This document shows positions 50,090-58,860 of a stretch of DNA of 64,000 bases, piece by piece (within the stretch, counting starts at the first letter, position 1; every line of letters starts with the position of its first letter). The DNA is taken from the NCBI GenBank assembly GCA_029264955.1, contig JARHYC010000007.1:11668-75667 (forward strand), in the 5' to 3' direction. The stretch comes from Faecalibacterium sp. Lineage in GTDB: Bacteria > Bacillota > Clostridia > Oscillospirales > Ruminococcaceae. Below the pieces are notes generated by a model. That model saw only the letters and a program-made list of their open reading frames with translations. It was not told the DNA's origin and searched no databases. The translations under genes and the position numbers were made by a program.

Positions 50090-50140
50090 GGTTGTGTAGA
50101 ATAACAAAGAAAGTCAATCGGTTTCTTTCTGATATAGACG

Positions 50141-50172
50141 GAAATGCCGCAGGTATATGCCTGCGGCATTTC
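50141..50172 (+). terminator. Terminator after GH29
   Basis: GAAATGCCGCAGG / CCTGCGGCATTTC. Confidence 0.85.
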
Positions 50173-50342
50173 TGTTTGTGTCGGTATCAGCATAGTTATT
50201 AGGTACCAATGGATTGTCATGGGGACTTGATATGGATGCAATTATGTTTATGTAAACTAGCACTTGATTGGAAAAAAGGGGAATCCTGTGACGAAGAATG
50301 AATATGATACGCATTTTAAGATATATATTTTTCGTCAAAGTA

Positions 50343-50371
50343 TTGACAGAATGTCCCAATGCGTGTATAAT
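50343..50371 (+). promoter_or_regulatory. Consensus SigA promoter of tRNA-Pro copy 2
   Basis: TTGACA-17 bp-TATAAT. Confidence 0.9.
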
Positions 50372-50411
50372 AACAAACGTTGTTAGTGAACGATGTGTTC
50401 ACTATAGTAAC

Positions 50412-50642
50412 ATCCGGGTGTAGCGCAGTTTTGGTAGCGCGCTTGAATGGGGTTCAAGAGGCCGTGAGTTCGATTCTCGCCACTCGGACCAAAAAGGACT
50501 GATCGTTTGATCAGTCCTTTTTTGTTTTATCTAAGTGTTAAGCGGGTTTGCAGGGGTTGTGAGAAGTATTCTTATGTTGTGCTAAGGCTTGTCTGAGAGC
50601 AGCCAGTGACACGTCATAATGAACGCGTAATGAATGGAGCAA
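50412..50642 (+). repeat. 231-bp direct repeat, right copy
   Basis: Offset 6050 bp from the left copy. Confidence 0.97.
50414..50491 (+). tRNA. tRNA-Pro(GGG), copy 2 (identical to copy 1)
   Basis: Same 78-nt sequence including CCA. Confidence 0.96.
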
Positions 50643-50824
50643 TTTCATTCATTATGCTATCGATTTGAACAGGAAATCTGGTAACAAATTTCCATATCCG
50701 ATTCATTATGCCGCAAAAAACAGAAGAAAAGGGCACAAGATTTCACTGCTGGATAAGCGTATTGTACGAAATATATTACGATAAGTGATAAAGGGATGTG
50801 CTTTATCGGAACATTGCAAAGAAT

Positions 50825-50862
50825 AAAAAGGTCGGTCTGCAGTTTGGCAGACCAACCTTTTT
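50825..50862 (-). terminator. Terminator of the ExbBD-like operon
   Basis: AAAAAGGTCGGTCTGC / GCAGACCAACCTTTTT. Confidence 0.8.
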
Positions 50863-50911
50863 ATAGCAGTGCATAGCACACAAAATAAAGTAAAAAGTTT
50901 GTAGCTGGATG

Positions 50912-51289
50912 TTATGCAATATAAGAAATGGAAAGGCTGTCAAGTACATCCAGCAGACGATTGTATGCTTTAAGCGAAGCGTTGTCATCGGTGATTTCAA
51001 CCACAAAGCCGGGTTCCATTTCAGCAAGAATTTGGGTGAGCGCATCTAATTCAATGCGTTTGTTTCCATAGGAATAATCATTATCTACGACAGAAATTGA
51101 AATGATTTTTTGGTCATTCACACTATGCTCTGATTCGGATGAAGAAACTGGGGGCTGTGTGATGCTGGAAGTGCTACTGGGCTGCGATTCTGCACCTTTT
51201 CCTGCACCAAGCCCGAATCCAAGCCCAAGGAGGGAAAGCAGGATCATCATAGCGGCGACAAGAATCAGCAGTTTCTTTGCCTTTTTCAT
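50912..51289 (-). CDS. Single-TM protein with Ser/Pro linker and ExbD/TolR-like C-terminal domain (no TM aspartate)
   Basis: IISISVVDNDYSYGNKRIELDALTQIL...VVEITDDNASLKAYNRLLDVLDSLSISYI follows the ExbD soluble-domain pattern; start 51289 or 51298. Confidence 0.5.
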   Translation of the reverse strand: MKKAKKLLILVAAMMILLSLLGLGFGLGAGKGAESQPSSTSSITQPPVSSSESEHSVNDQKIISISVVDNDYSYGNKRIELDALTQILAEMEPGFVVEITDDNASLKAYNRLLDVLDSLSISYIA

Positions 51290-51290
51290 T

Positions 51291-51845
51291 TTATTCATCC
51301 TTTCCAGTTGAAATGTCGGTTTCTGAAGCATAAAAATAAGGATATTGATGTTTTAACTGCGATAGCTCTTTTTTGATGCTTCGATAAGTTGAGGCCGTGC
51401 CCGGCTGGGAACCATCCAGGATAAAATCGCAGAAAATTGTATCGGTTGCAGAGTATCCAGATTGTGATAAGCTCTGACTGAGCAGTGCAGTAAGATTCTC
51501 TGTGGTGTGAAGTGTAGTAACTGCTTCGTCGCCGTGAAGAATGCGTATAGAGGGCGTACTGTCATTCATGTCAAGAATCAATTTTAAGTTGCAACTTCGA
51601 TTGAAATCGATCATTGCCTGAATGTTAGAGGCTCTTCCGGCATCTTCACTTTCAATTATTTCCAAGGCATCATGCAGTTGCTCTTCTTTCCTAGTCAGTT
51701 CTGCTCTGATTTTTTCATTTTGTTGGTCGAGCTTTTCTTTTTGATCGACAACCTCCATGCTGCTGAACAAAATAAAGAAAAATAAGATAATCAATGTAAT
51801 GTCGAGCAGGGGTGTAAAATCTAAAAATATCTCTTTTTTCTTCAT
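51291..51845 (-). CDS. ExbD/TolR/MotB-type stator small subunit
   Basis: LDFTPLLDITLIILFFFIL with the conserved TM Asp, then a coiled coil and soluble domain. Confidence 0.75.
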   Translation of the reverse strand: MKKKEIFLDFTPLLDITLIILFFFILFSSMEVVDQKEKLDQQNEKIRAELTRKEEQLHDALEIIESEDAGRASNIQAMIDFNRSCNLKLILDMNDSTPSIRILHGDEAVTTLHTTENLTALLSQSLSQSGYSATDTIFCDFILDGSQPGTASTYRSIKKELSQLKHQYPYFYASETDISTGKDE

Positions 51846-51846
51846 A

Positions 51847-52314
51847 TTAGCTACCAGTTACAGAAGTGTGCATGGACAGGGCTTCTTTTTCCATCTTTTC
51901 CGAAGCTGCGATTTGTTCTTCAATTTCGTTCTGAACGAATGCATGCACAATCTTGAAGAGGATGGAGAAGAGAATGCCCCAGGCGGTAGATGTCAAAGCA
52001 CCAAAAAAGTTGTACTTGATATTTTCCATGTTGCCAGCGGCTAAATTAAGACCTAATAATCCTTTTACGGTACCAAACATGCCAAGGAGAGGAAAAAGAG
52101 AAATTGCGGCAGTAAAAAGATTATAGGCTACGCTCAACTCACCGTGGATATATTTGGTGGTCGCAGCCTCAGGGTTTCGGTCCCAGTCTGCAACGTATGC
52201 CTTTATATGTTTTGCTTTTCGTTTACAAATGCATAAGCAGATCAGTGTGAGTAAAGCGGCAAATAATATATAGCTATCCGTAGTGAAGAGACTTTGAAAG
52301 AGTTTTTTCCACAT
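51847..52314 (-). CDS. MotA/TolQ/ExbB proton-channel family protein (compact, 155 aa)
   Basis: FPLLGMFGTVKGL and FFGALTSTAWGI; 3 TM; GGAGG RBS before ATG 52314. Confidence 0.85.
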   Translation of the reverse strand: MWKKLFQSLFTTDSYILFAALLTLICLCICKRKAKHIKAYVADWDRNPEAATTKYIHGELSVAYNLFTAAISLFPLLGMFGTVKGLLGLNLAAGNMENIKYNFFGALTSTAWGILFSILFKIVHAFVQNEIEEQIAASEKMEKEALSMHTSVTGS

Positions 52315-52612
52315 AATAGGTTCCTCCAATCGTATAATATGTTTATTATACAACTTTTTCCTAAATACGACAATGAAGCGTGCTATGTAAGTCATGCGGC
52401 ATTATAGCCTTGAACAAACGCCAGCATATGTGAGGGAAGAAACAAAAATTCCAATCATAACGGTATAGTTCATGAAATGTAACGGGTAAAAATGATGGAT
52501 ACTACCGGATACTTCTAACTTTAACAAGATGACAAAACTTTGGCAATTTGTTGCAATGACAACCGGATTTGCCGTTTTTGGGGAGATTCGCAAAGGAATG
52601 CGCAAAAGCATA

Positions 52613-52647
52613 AAAAATCCCAGCGGATTATATCCACTGGGATTTTT
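52613..52647 (-). terminator. Terminator after the FGGY kinase gene
   Basis: AAAAATCCCAG / CTGGGATTTTT. Confidence 0.75.
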
Positions 52648-52689
52648 AAAGAAAATCAAATGAAATGTGTTGTAGTGAAGAAGAGTGAA

Positions 52690-54231
52690 TCAAGCCAGAT
52701 CCGATAACTTATGAGCCAAATGCATAGTGGCGGGATATAGGGAATTGTACACTTCCTGATATCCTTTATAGGTAGCATGATTTTCCGGGTTAGGAATGTA
52801 CTGAATACCAGGTTTGACATACTTAGTCAGAGAGGCGTAATCGTCAAAGCCAGGCCATCCCACTCCTAAAGCGGCCATCATACAGTCACCAAAAGCAGCA
52901 CCTACGGTAACGGCAGGAACGTTGATAACTTTTCCGGTAACATCAGCAACAATCTGCATCCACAACGGATTCTTGGCGCCGCCGCCTACCGCGAAAATAC
53001 GTTCAATATCCACTTCCGGATGACTTTCCATTAGCTGGATTTGCTGATTGACCGAGTAGGCGACGCCTTCCAATGCACTATGATACAGGTGCGCACGAGT
53101 GTGCGCCAGCGTCAGGCCAAAAATCAGTCCGCGCGCCTGCGGGTCATTGATCGGTGTGCGTTCGCCTGCCAGATAAGGCAGGGTAATCAGACCTTCGCTG
53201 CCAGCAGGAATCGTATTGGCACTCTCCTGCATAGTTGCATAGGCGTTAGGGCCGCCCTGAGCCTGTTTTTCCACAGCATCTGGGTAGATGGTATCTCGGA
53301 GCCACTGGGTCATGCTGCCGGCGGTATTGGTGCCAGCGGAGATGTCACACAAACCAGGAACGATGAACTGTTCGCGCCACAGGCGTTCATCATCCACAAG
53401 AGTCCGCGTTCCCAAAATCATGTAAACAGAGGAGCCAAACTGAATAAACATCTGACCAGGAGCTACGATACCGGTACTGATTGCTTCGGCACCGGAGTCG
53501 TCAGTTCCAGTAATGACGGGTGTACCTTCGGCTAAGCCGGTTTCTGCAGAAGCCTGTCTGGTAACAGTGCCTGCGATGTCTGCGGCCTCCTGTACCTTGG
53601 CCAGTTGGTCAGGGCGACAAACGGGGGCGCACAGCTCAGGGATAGGTTCCCAAGTTTCCGGATCATACAAGGGATTAAAGCTGGCCAGACCAAGGAAACG
53701 ATCCACAACATAATTTCCGGTGAGCTTGGCGGCCAAAAAACTGGAGCCTGTCAGGAATTTGTAGGTCTTGGCATAAACTTCCGGTTCCTTGTTTTTGATC
53801 CATAAAATCTTAGGCATAACATCGCTGGAGCACAGCCCACGACCATACCAGCGGTGAATCTGCTCCTCTCCATACAGCTCCGTCAGCTGTTCAATTTCAT
53901 CCACGGCGCGGGCGTCAATGCCGTACAGGATCGCCTTGCGCAAGGGATTACAGTTTTTGTCTACCGGCAGGCAGTCAGCCCCCAAAGCAGACAGACCTAC
54001 TGCCTTGATCAAAGAAGGGTCGATACCAGTATCTTTTAGCAGACCTCGGCTGATGATGCAGAAGTCGCCCCACCAGTCTTTGTCAGCATCATGCTCGTAA
54101 TGACCTGGATGGGGATTGGTCATATGGTGCTGGGTTTCGCGCACAGCAACAATATTGCCTTGCTCATCCATCAAAACGCCTTTAGAAGAGTTTGTTCCCG
54201 TGTCGATGCCCATAAAATACGCAGTTGCCAT
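52690..54231 (-). CDS. FGGY-family carbohydrate kinase (xylulokinase-like)
   Basis: GIDTGTNSSK, GTDDSGAEA, LPYLAGERTP, EGVAY and GGGAK; start at 54231. Confidence 0.92.
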   Translation of the reverse strand: MATAYFMGIDTGTNSSKGVLMDEQGNIVAVRETQHHMTNPHPGHYEHDADKDWWGDFCIISRGLLKDTGIDPSLIKAVGLSALGADCLPVDKNCNPLRKAILYGIDARAVDEIEQLTELYGEEQIHRWYGRGLCSSDVMPKILWIKNKEPEVYAKTYKFLTGSSFLAAKLTGNYVVDRFLGLASFNPLYDPETWEPIPELCAPVCRPDQLAKVQEAADIAGTVTRQASAETGLAEGTPVITGTDDSGAEAISTGIVAPGQMFIQFGSSVYMILGTRTLVDDERLWREQFIVPGLCDISAGTNTAGSMTQWLRDTIYPDAVEKQAQGGPNAYATMQESANTIPAGSEGLITLPYLAGERTPINDPQARGLIFGLTLAHTRAHLYHSALEGVAYSVNQQIQLMESHPEVDIERIFAVGGGAKNPLWMQIVADVTGKVINVPAVTVGAAFGDCMMAALGVGWPGFDDYASLTKYVKPGIQYIPNPENHATYKGYQEVYNSLYPATMHLAHKLSDLA

Positions 54232-54515
54232 TGCGCATCCTCCTATAAAATAAATTGGTCCACAATATATTTCACGGCTTCGTAATCGTTGTCGCAAGCG
54301 CTCGCGACAGCAATGTGATAGGGGTGTTTTAACCAAGATAGCAGATGGTATATACAGTTCCGGTTGATGTTTCAGTCCGCCACAATATCAACGCAGCTAC
54401 CACCAGAAAGCGCGTGCAGATCCTGCCGCGCGCAGCACAATGATAGATGGATTGCTTCTATGATGCGGTGCTGGCTGTTATAGGGTCATCTAAATGCAAA
54501 ACCAAAAGCCATGGG

Positions 54516-55346
54516 TTACAGCTGTTTTCGTACGGCATAGACCACCTGCATGAATTCTTTGACGCGGTTGACATCTACGCGCAGATTTTCCAGTTGCTCG
54601 TTTTCCAGTTTGCCGTTTTCCTTAAAATAAGTGCCTACAACAGCAGCATCGGCACTGCACAATTTGCGGGCAATGGTATCGGGGCGACAGCCGGTATTGC
54701 AAAGAACCGCTACTTCGGGAGCAGCTTTCTTTACACTGGCAATCAGCGCATCATCCACGTCCTGCCCCGCGGCACTGGCGCTGACACACAGCCCGTCAGG
54801 GTGTGCCTTAAAGATGACCGAGCGGGCGATATTGTCTAGATTACGGGTATCCAGATTGATATCCGATTCTGGATTAATGAAGTACAGCATACGCAGCTTT
54901 TCCAGGCCAAGATCCTTCCGGCGGCGCATGAGGGTGGAGAAATCGTTGTTGTAAAAACCACCGTCACCCACATATACACCGGAGAAGGTGCCACGTACAA
55001 AATCGGCACCAACAGCCGCTGCAAGTTCGATGGTAGCACGTCCGTCTGAGATGCAGTCCACACCGAATGGAACCTGCAGATAAGGCTTGAGCCGACCTAC
55101 CACATAAGCCATGGAAGCGGGAGTGACAAAGTCCATTTTCCGCTGATAGGGCAGGCTGAATTCGTTGGAAATCAGGATGCCGTCCACGCCGCCCTCCTGC
55201 AGAGCGTGCATATCAGCCAGGGCGTGCGCAACAATTTGCTCTATGGGGGTACCGTTGATATAGCGAGGGTCACCCGGCAAAGCATCCAAATGAAGCATAG
55301 AGATGATCGGCTTTTTTACGCCGAATACTTTTTCAGTCCACAACAT
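54516..55346 (-). CDS. BtpA/SgcQ family TIM-barrel protein
   Basis: MLHLDALPGDP, GVDGILISNEFSLPY, ADAAVVGTYFK..G and RVKEFM. Confidence 0.88.
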   Translation of the reverse strand: MLWTEKVFGVKKPIISMLHLDALPGDPRYINGTPIEQIVAHALADMHALQEGGVDGILISNEFSLPYQRKMDFVTPASMAYVVGRLKPYLQVPFGVDCISDGRATIELAAAVGADFVRGTFSGVYVGDGGFYNNDFSTLMRRRKDLGLEKLRMLYFINPESDINLDTRNLDNIARSVIFKAHPDGLCVSASAAGQDVDDALIASVKKAAPEVAVLCNTGCRPDTIARKLCSADAAVVGTYFKENGKLENEQLENLRVDVNRVKEFMQVVYAVRKQL

Positions 55347-55411
55347 AGAAATTCAGCTCCTTTCCGAAAAGGCTGCTGCATATGCGCAGCGGCCAGAACA
55401 CAGGTTCGGTC

Positions 55412-56473
55412 TCAATACGCAAACTGGCGGTAGTAACGGCGAATAGACAGGGGATGCCGCAGAAAAAGTTCCATATAAGCGTCCACGCGATTGTTTACAC
55501 CATGCATGACCAAGTGGGAGATACTGCCACGGAATTCTGGGCTGATGCCTGCCAGCTCAAATTCTTTTGTGTCGATAATGGTATAGTTGCCGCAGACCTT
55601 GGGCAGAAAGTGGGCTACACGCTCAGCCAGAGGGCGCTGTTCGTCTTCACCCATAAACAAGGTGACTGGTGTGTCATGCACAATAATTTCCTGCATGCCA
55701 TGGAAAAACTCCTGACAGGAGATAGATTTGGTACGGATCCACATCTGCTCCTCCCAGTAGCACATTGCGTAGGAATAGGTTGCACCGTACTGGTTGCCGC
55801 TTCCGATGAAGTAACGAGGCAGATCGGGGTGTGCGTGCTGAAATTCCGTGCAGGCTTTTGCATAGTTATAGGCCCAGCTATCGGACTGAATTTCTACATC
55901 AGCCAGAACACGGGCCAGATGCGCTTCCATCTCCTGATTATAGCGGTCGTAATCGTTGAATTCACCGTTCTTATACATCAGATAGTTGGCAACCATATAG
56001 AATTTCAGCTGTTCATTTTTGGGATAAACCACCAGATAGTCCTGTTTGTCGGGATTGGTCAGAATACTGCCAGGGGTATCAATAAAGCTGAACACGCGAC
56101 CGCCGATTTCGTGAACACGATCCACCAGAGCAACCATTTCCTTTGTATTGCCAGAAACAGATGACAAAATCACAACAGAGCGGTTGGTGAAGCGTTTGTT
56201 GCCAGTGGTCAAAAATTCGGCTGCATTTTCTACATAGACGGGTAGTCTGCTGCGTCCGCGCATATATACTTCAACCTGCATACTGGAAGCATAGGTGCCG
56301 CCTATGCCGATGAAGTAGATACCGTCGAAGCCTTCGGTCCAGATTTTATCAATGATTGTTTCAATCTGGCTGCGCAGCGCCAGAGCACCATTGACGCTGT
56401 CCAGTGCTTCCTGTTCGTTAAAGTTACGGAGATTTGCGCCAGTATTTTCTGTCCATGCATTTGTCAAAACCAT
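55412..56473 (-). CDS. frlB: SIS-domain fructosamine/glucosamine-lysine 6-phosphate deglycase (FrlB-like)
   Basis: GIGGT, SSVSGNTKE, AMCYWEEQ.W, EFFHG and RRYYRQ; frl context. Confidence 0.8.
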   Translation of the reverse strand: MVLTNAWTENTGANLRNFNEQEALDSVNGALALRSQIETIIDKIWTEGFDGIYFIGIGGTYASSMQVEVYMRGRSRLPVYVENAAEFLTTGNKRFTNRSVVILSSVSGNTKEMVALVDRVHEIGGRVFSFIDTPGSILTNPDKQDYLVVYPKNEQLKFYMVANYLMYKNGEFNDYDRYNQEMEAHLARVLADVEIQSDSWAYNYAKACTEFQHAHPDLPRYFIGSGNQYGATYSYAMCYWEEQMWIRTKSISCQEFFHGMQEIIVHDTPVTLFMGEDEQRPLAERVAHFLPKVCGNYTIIDTKEFELAGISPEFRGSISHLVMHGVNNRVDAYMELFLRHPLSIRRYYRQFAY

Positions 56474-56492
56474 AAGAAACCTCTCCTTTTTA

Positions 56493-57290
56493 TTAAAAGA
56501 TTGGGCCGTCTAAAGGCAGTCCGCAGAAAAACTGGAATGCACGCTGAATGGCTACATCCCAGAAGGGCCATTCGTGATCGCCAGACCACTCCAAATAGGT
56601 GTGGCCGTATCCAGAAGATTGAGCTGCATCCCGAAAATGAAGATTACTTTCATATAAAAAATCCTCTGTGCCGCACAGCTGAATCAGTTTGGGGCGATTG
56701 GGGTTCGATGCAGCGTCTTGAACCAGAGTAAAAAGATCATCTGCGGGGCCGGGCATGGCAGAAGGACCATAGATGGCTGTCAGTTCTGACGGCTGCATTT
56801 CCGGCCAGGTGCCGGAATGAATTTCTTTTGCCAGCGAAACCCAGTCAGCTACACCGGAAAGCATTCCAACGGCCTGATACTGACCAAGGCGTTTTAGTGC
56901 AATTTTGACTGCTCCGTAACCGCCCATGCTTTCGCCGGCAATAAAGGTATGCTTTGGGTCGGCAGAAAGGTTGAACCATCGCGCACAGATTTGTGGCAGT
57001 TCGTCTGCTACATAGCTGAAATATCTGGGGCCGTAAGCCATATCCGTATAAAAGCTGCGCTGTACTTCCGGCATGATGATGGTAAAATTGTATTTCTTAG
57101 CATAATATTCAATCTTGGAAAAACGAGTCCACTCCTCGGCGTTGGCGGAAAGTCCATGCAGTAAATAAAGTACACGAGGCGTGCCTTGGATGACAGGGGT
57201 CACATCATTGGATTCTTCCGGAAAGATGACATTCAGCTGGGTTGTCATCTGTAAAGAAGGTGCATAAAACGAACCACGAAACAAACACAT
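56493..57290 (-). CDS. Alpha/beta-hydrolase esterase (tributyrin esterase/FrmB-like)
   Basis: LYLLHGLS, AGESMGGYG nucleophile elbow, CGTEDFL and GDHEW. Confidence 0.88.
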   Translation of the reverse strand: MCLFRGSFYAPSLQMTTQLNVIFPEESNDVTPVIQGTPRVLYLLHGLSANAEEWTRFSKIEYYAKKYNFTIIMPEVQRSFYTDMAYGPRYFSYVADELPQICARWFNLSADPKHTFIAGESMGGYGAVKIALKRLGQYQAVGMLSGVADWVSLAKEIHSGTWPEMQPSELTAIYGPSAMPGPADDLFTLVQDAASNPNRPKLIQLCGTEDFLYESNLHFRDAAQSSGYGHTYLEWSGDHEWPFWDVAIQRAFQFFCGLPLDGPIF

Positions 57291-57310
57291 GGGATTCGCC
57301 TCCTGTCGGA

Positions 57311-58033
57311 TTATTTTTCAAAGTGAACAGTAAAGTTGTACTTGTCACCGCGGGTATAGTTGCGGGAAAATTCCACCACCCGGTTCTCGGCATTGTAGCT
57401 GGTACACTCAAATAACAAAACCGCTTGTTCCGGCGGAATTTTCAGAAGGCGTGCCCCGGCGGGTTCTAATACGGCCAAATCCAGCGTTTGGCGCGCGCGG
57501 ACGGGATGCACACCGTAAAAGTGATATACTTCAGAAAGCGAAAACACCGACAAATCCATACCTTCCAGTTTAGGAACAATGTAATGGGGAATAAAGATTT
57601 CCTCCATGCTGACAGGTTCGCCGCTGGCATAGCATATGCGCTTAATGTAATAGATAGGGTCATCCGGATCGATTTGGAAAATAGCAGCGTATTTTTCGCC
57701 GGCCGGACGCATACTTTTGTTTAGGATTTTTGTGGAAGGCAGGGCGTTCTTCTCCAGCATGGTTTGGGTAAAGCCACAGAGATTATCCAGCTCTCGGTCC
57801 ATTTTGGCGCCTAGTATGGAAATTCCCTGATTGGGAATACGACGCATGCGGCCTTCGTAAATCAGTGCTTCGATAGCATTGTGTACCGTGGACAGATCGG
57901 TATTGAACTGTTTTGCAAGGTCTTCTTCTGTGGGAATAATCTGTCCGGGGGTCCAGAAGCCTTCTTCAATTTTTGACCGCAGGATTTCTCGCAGCTGTAG
58001 ATAGAGAAGTTCGTGTGTGGTGTTTTCTGTCAT
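57311..58033 (-). CDS. GntR/HutC-family regulator with UTRA domain
   Basis: LYLQLREIL, IPTEEDL and UTRA C-terminus RGDKYNF; start at 58033. Confidence 0.9.
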   Translation of the reverse strand: MTENTTHELLYLQLREILRSKIEEGFWTPGQIIPTEEDLAKQFNTDLSTVHNAIEALIYEGRMRRIPNQGISILGAKMDRELDNLCGFTQTMLEKNALPSTKILNKSMRPAGEKYAAIFQIDPDDPIYYIKRICYASGEPVSMEEIFIPHYIVPKLEGMDLSVFSLSEVYHFYGVHPVRARQTLDLAVLEPAGARLLKIPPEQAVLLFECTSYNAENRVVEFSRNYTRGDKYNFTVHFEK

Positions 58034-58053
58034 GTTAATGATGCACCTTCCGC

Positions 58054-58851
58054 TTATTCCCAGGCACCAAAGTAAGTAAGGGTCTGGGTTGAGGTGGAAG
58101 CTCCTTTCTTCATGCATTCTTCGATAGGGCACCCTTCGGTGATGGCCTGCAAGAAACCGGCGATGAAGCTGTCGCCGGCACCCATGGTGTCTACCAGATT
58201 TTCACAGGGGATGATGCCGAACTTGTGAAAGGTTTCGCCGTCATAGCAAAGGCTTCCGAGCTCACCCAGCATTGCAATTACCAGCTTTGGCCCCTGATTG
58301 CGCAGAACTTTCATCAATTCATGCAGCGTGTCGGTATCACCGTCATCCGAAGAGAAAAACAAGTAATCCGTGTAAGGGATCGCTGCGCGGCATTCCGCAT
58401 CACCGGGGCGGGTTGCACAGTCAAAAGCTGTTTTAACACCCATGGCCTGAAGTTCCTGAAAACGATTTCCACATTTGCCCCAAAGGTCACAGACAACGAC
58501 ATCGTGTTGTGCAATGAAGGCCATATCTTCATCAGACAGAGTATAATTGGCCAGCACACCTTCGTCGTAATCACCAAACACACGTTCGCCATCGATCAGT
58601 TGTACCTGCGTAACAGCGGTGTGGCCATGTTCTGTGTGAAGATGGGACACATCCACACCCTTGGCGGCGACAGCGTTGCGCATGATTTCGCCGTAGGCAT
58701 CGTTTCCAACCGGGCCAATGTAGGAGGCCTGCCCACCGTTACGCAGGGTATAAACGGCCATATTTACCGGACCGCCGCCGGGATATGCTTTGCCGCCATC
58801 GATGTTATGATAAAAGTCAATGCAATTACTGCCAATGGTTGCCAATCGCAT
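58054..58851 (-). CDS. frlD: Fructoselysine 6-kinase (PfkB family)
   Basis: LATIGSNCID, GGGPVNMAV, DGERVFGDY.EGV and VDTMGAGDSF. Confidence 0.88.
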   Translation of the reverse strand: MRLATIGSNCIDFYHNIDGGKAYPGGGPVNMAVYTLRNGGQASYIGPVGNDAYGEIMRNAVAAKGVDVSHLHTEHGHTAVTQVQLIDGERVFGDYDEGVLANYTLSDEDMAFIAQHDVVVCDLWGKCGNRFQELQAMGVKTAFDCATRPGDAECRAAIPYTDYLFFSSDDGDTDTLHELMKVLRNQGPKLVIAMLGELGSLCYDGETFHKFGIIPCENLVDTMGAGDSFIAGFLQAITEGCPIEECMKKGASTSTQTLTYFGAWE

Positions 58852-58860
58852 AAGCACACA

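Noticed and set aside
50384-50404. GAAC-N5-GTTC as an SOS box
   Set aside because: Wrong spacing; it is the leader hairpin of the tRNA-Pro transcript
44362-50710. CRISPR array or prophage
   Set aside because: Only two long repeats, no spacer periodicity, and no cas, integrase or phage genes in the window
50912-52314. Zorya (zorAB) or flagellar motAB call
   Set aside because: The MotA-like protein has no long ZorA tail, the partner lacks an evident OmpA/MotB peptidoglycan-binding domain, and no zorCDE or flagellar genes are adjacent
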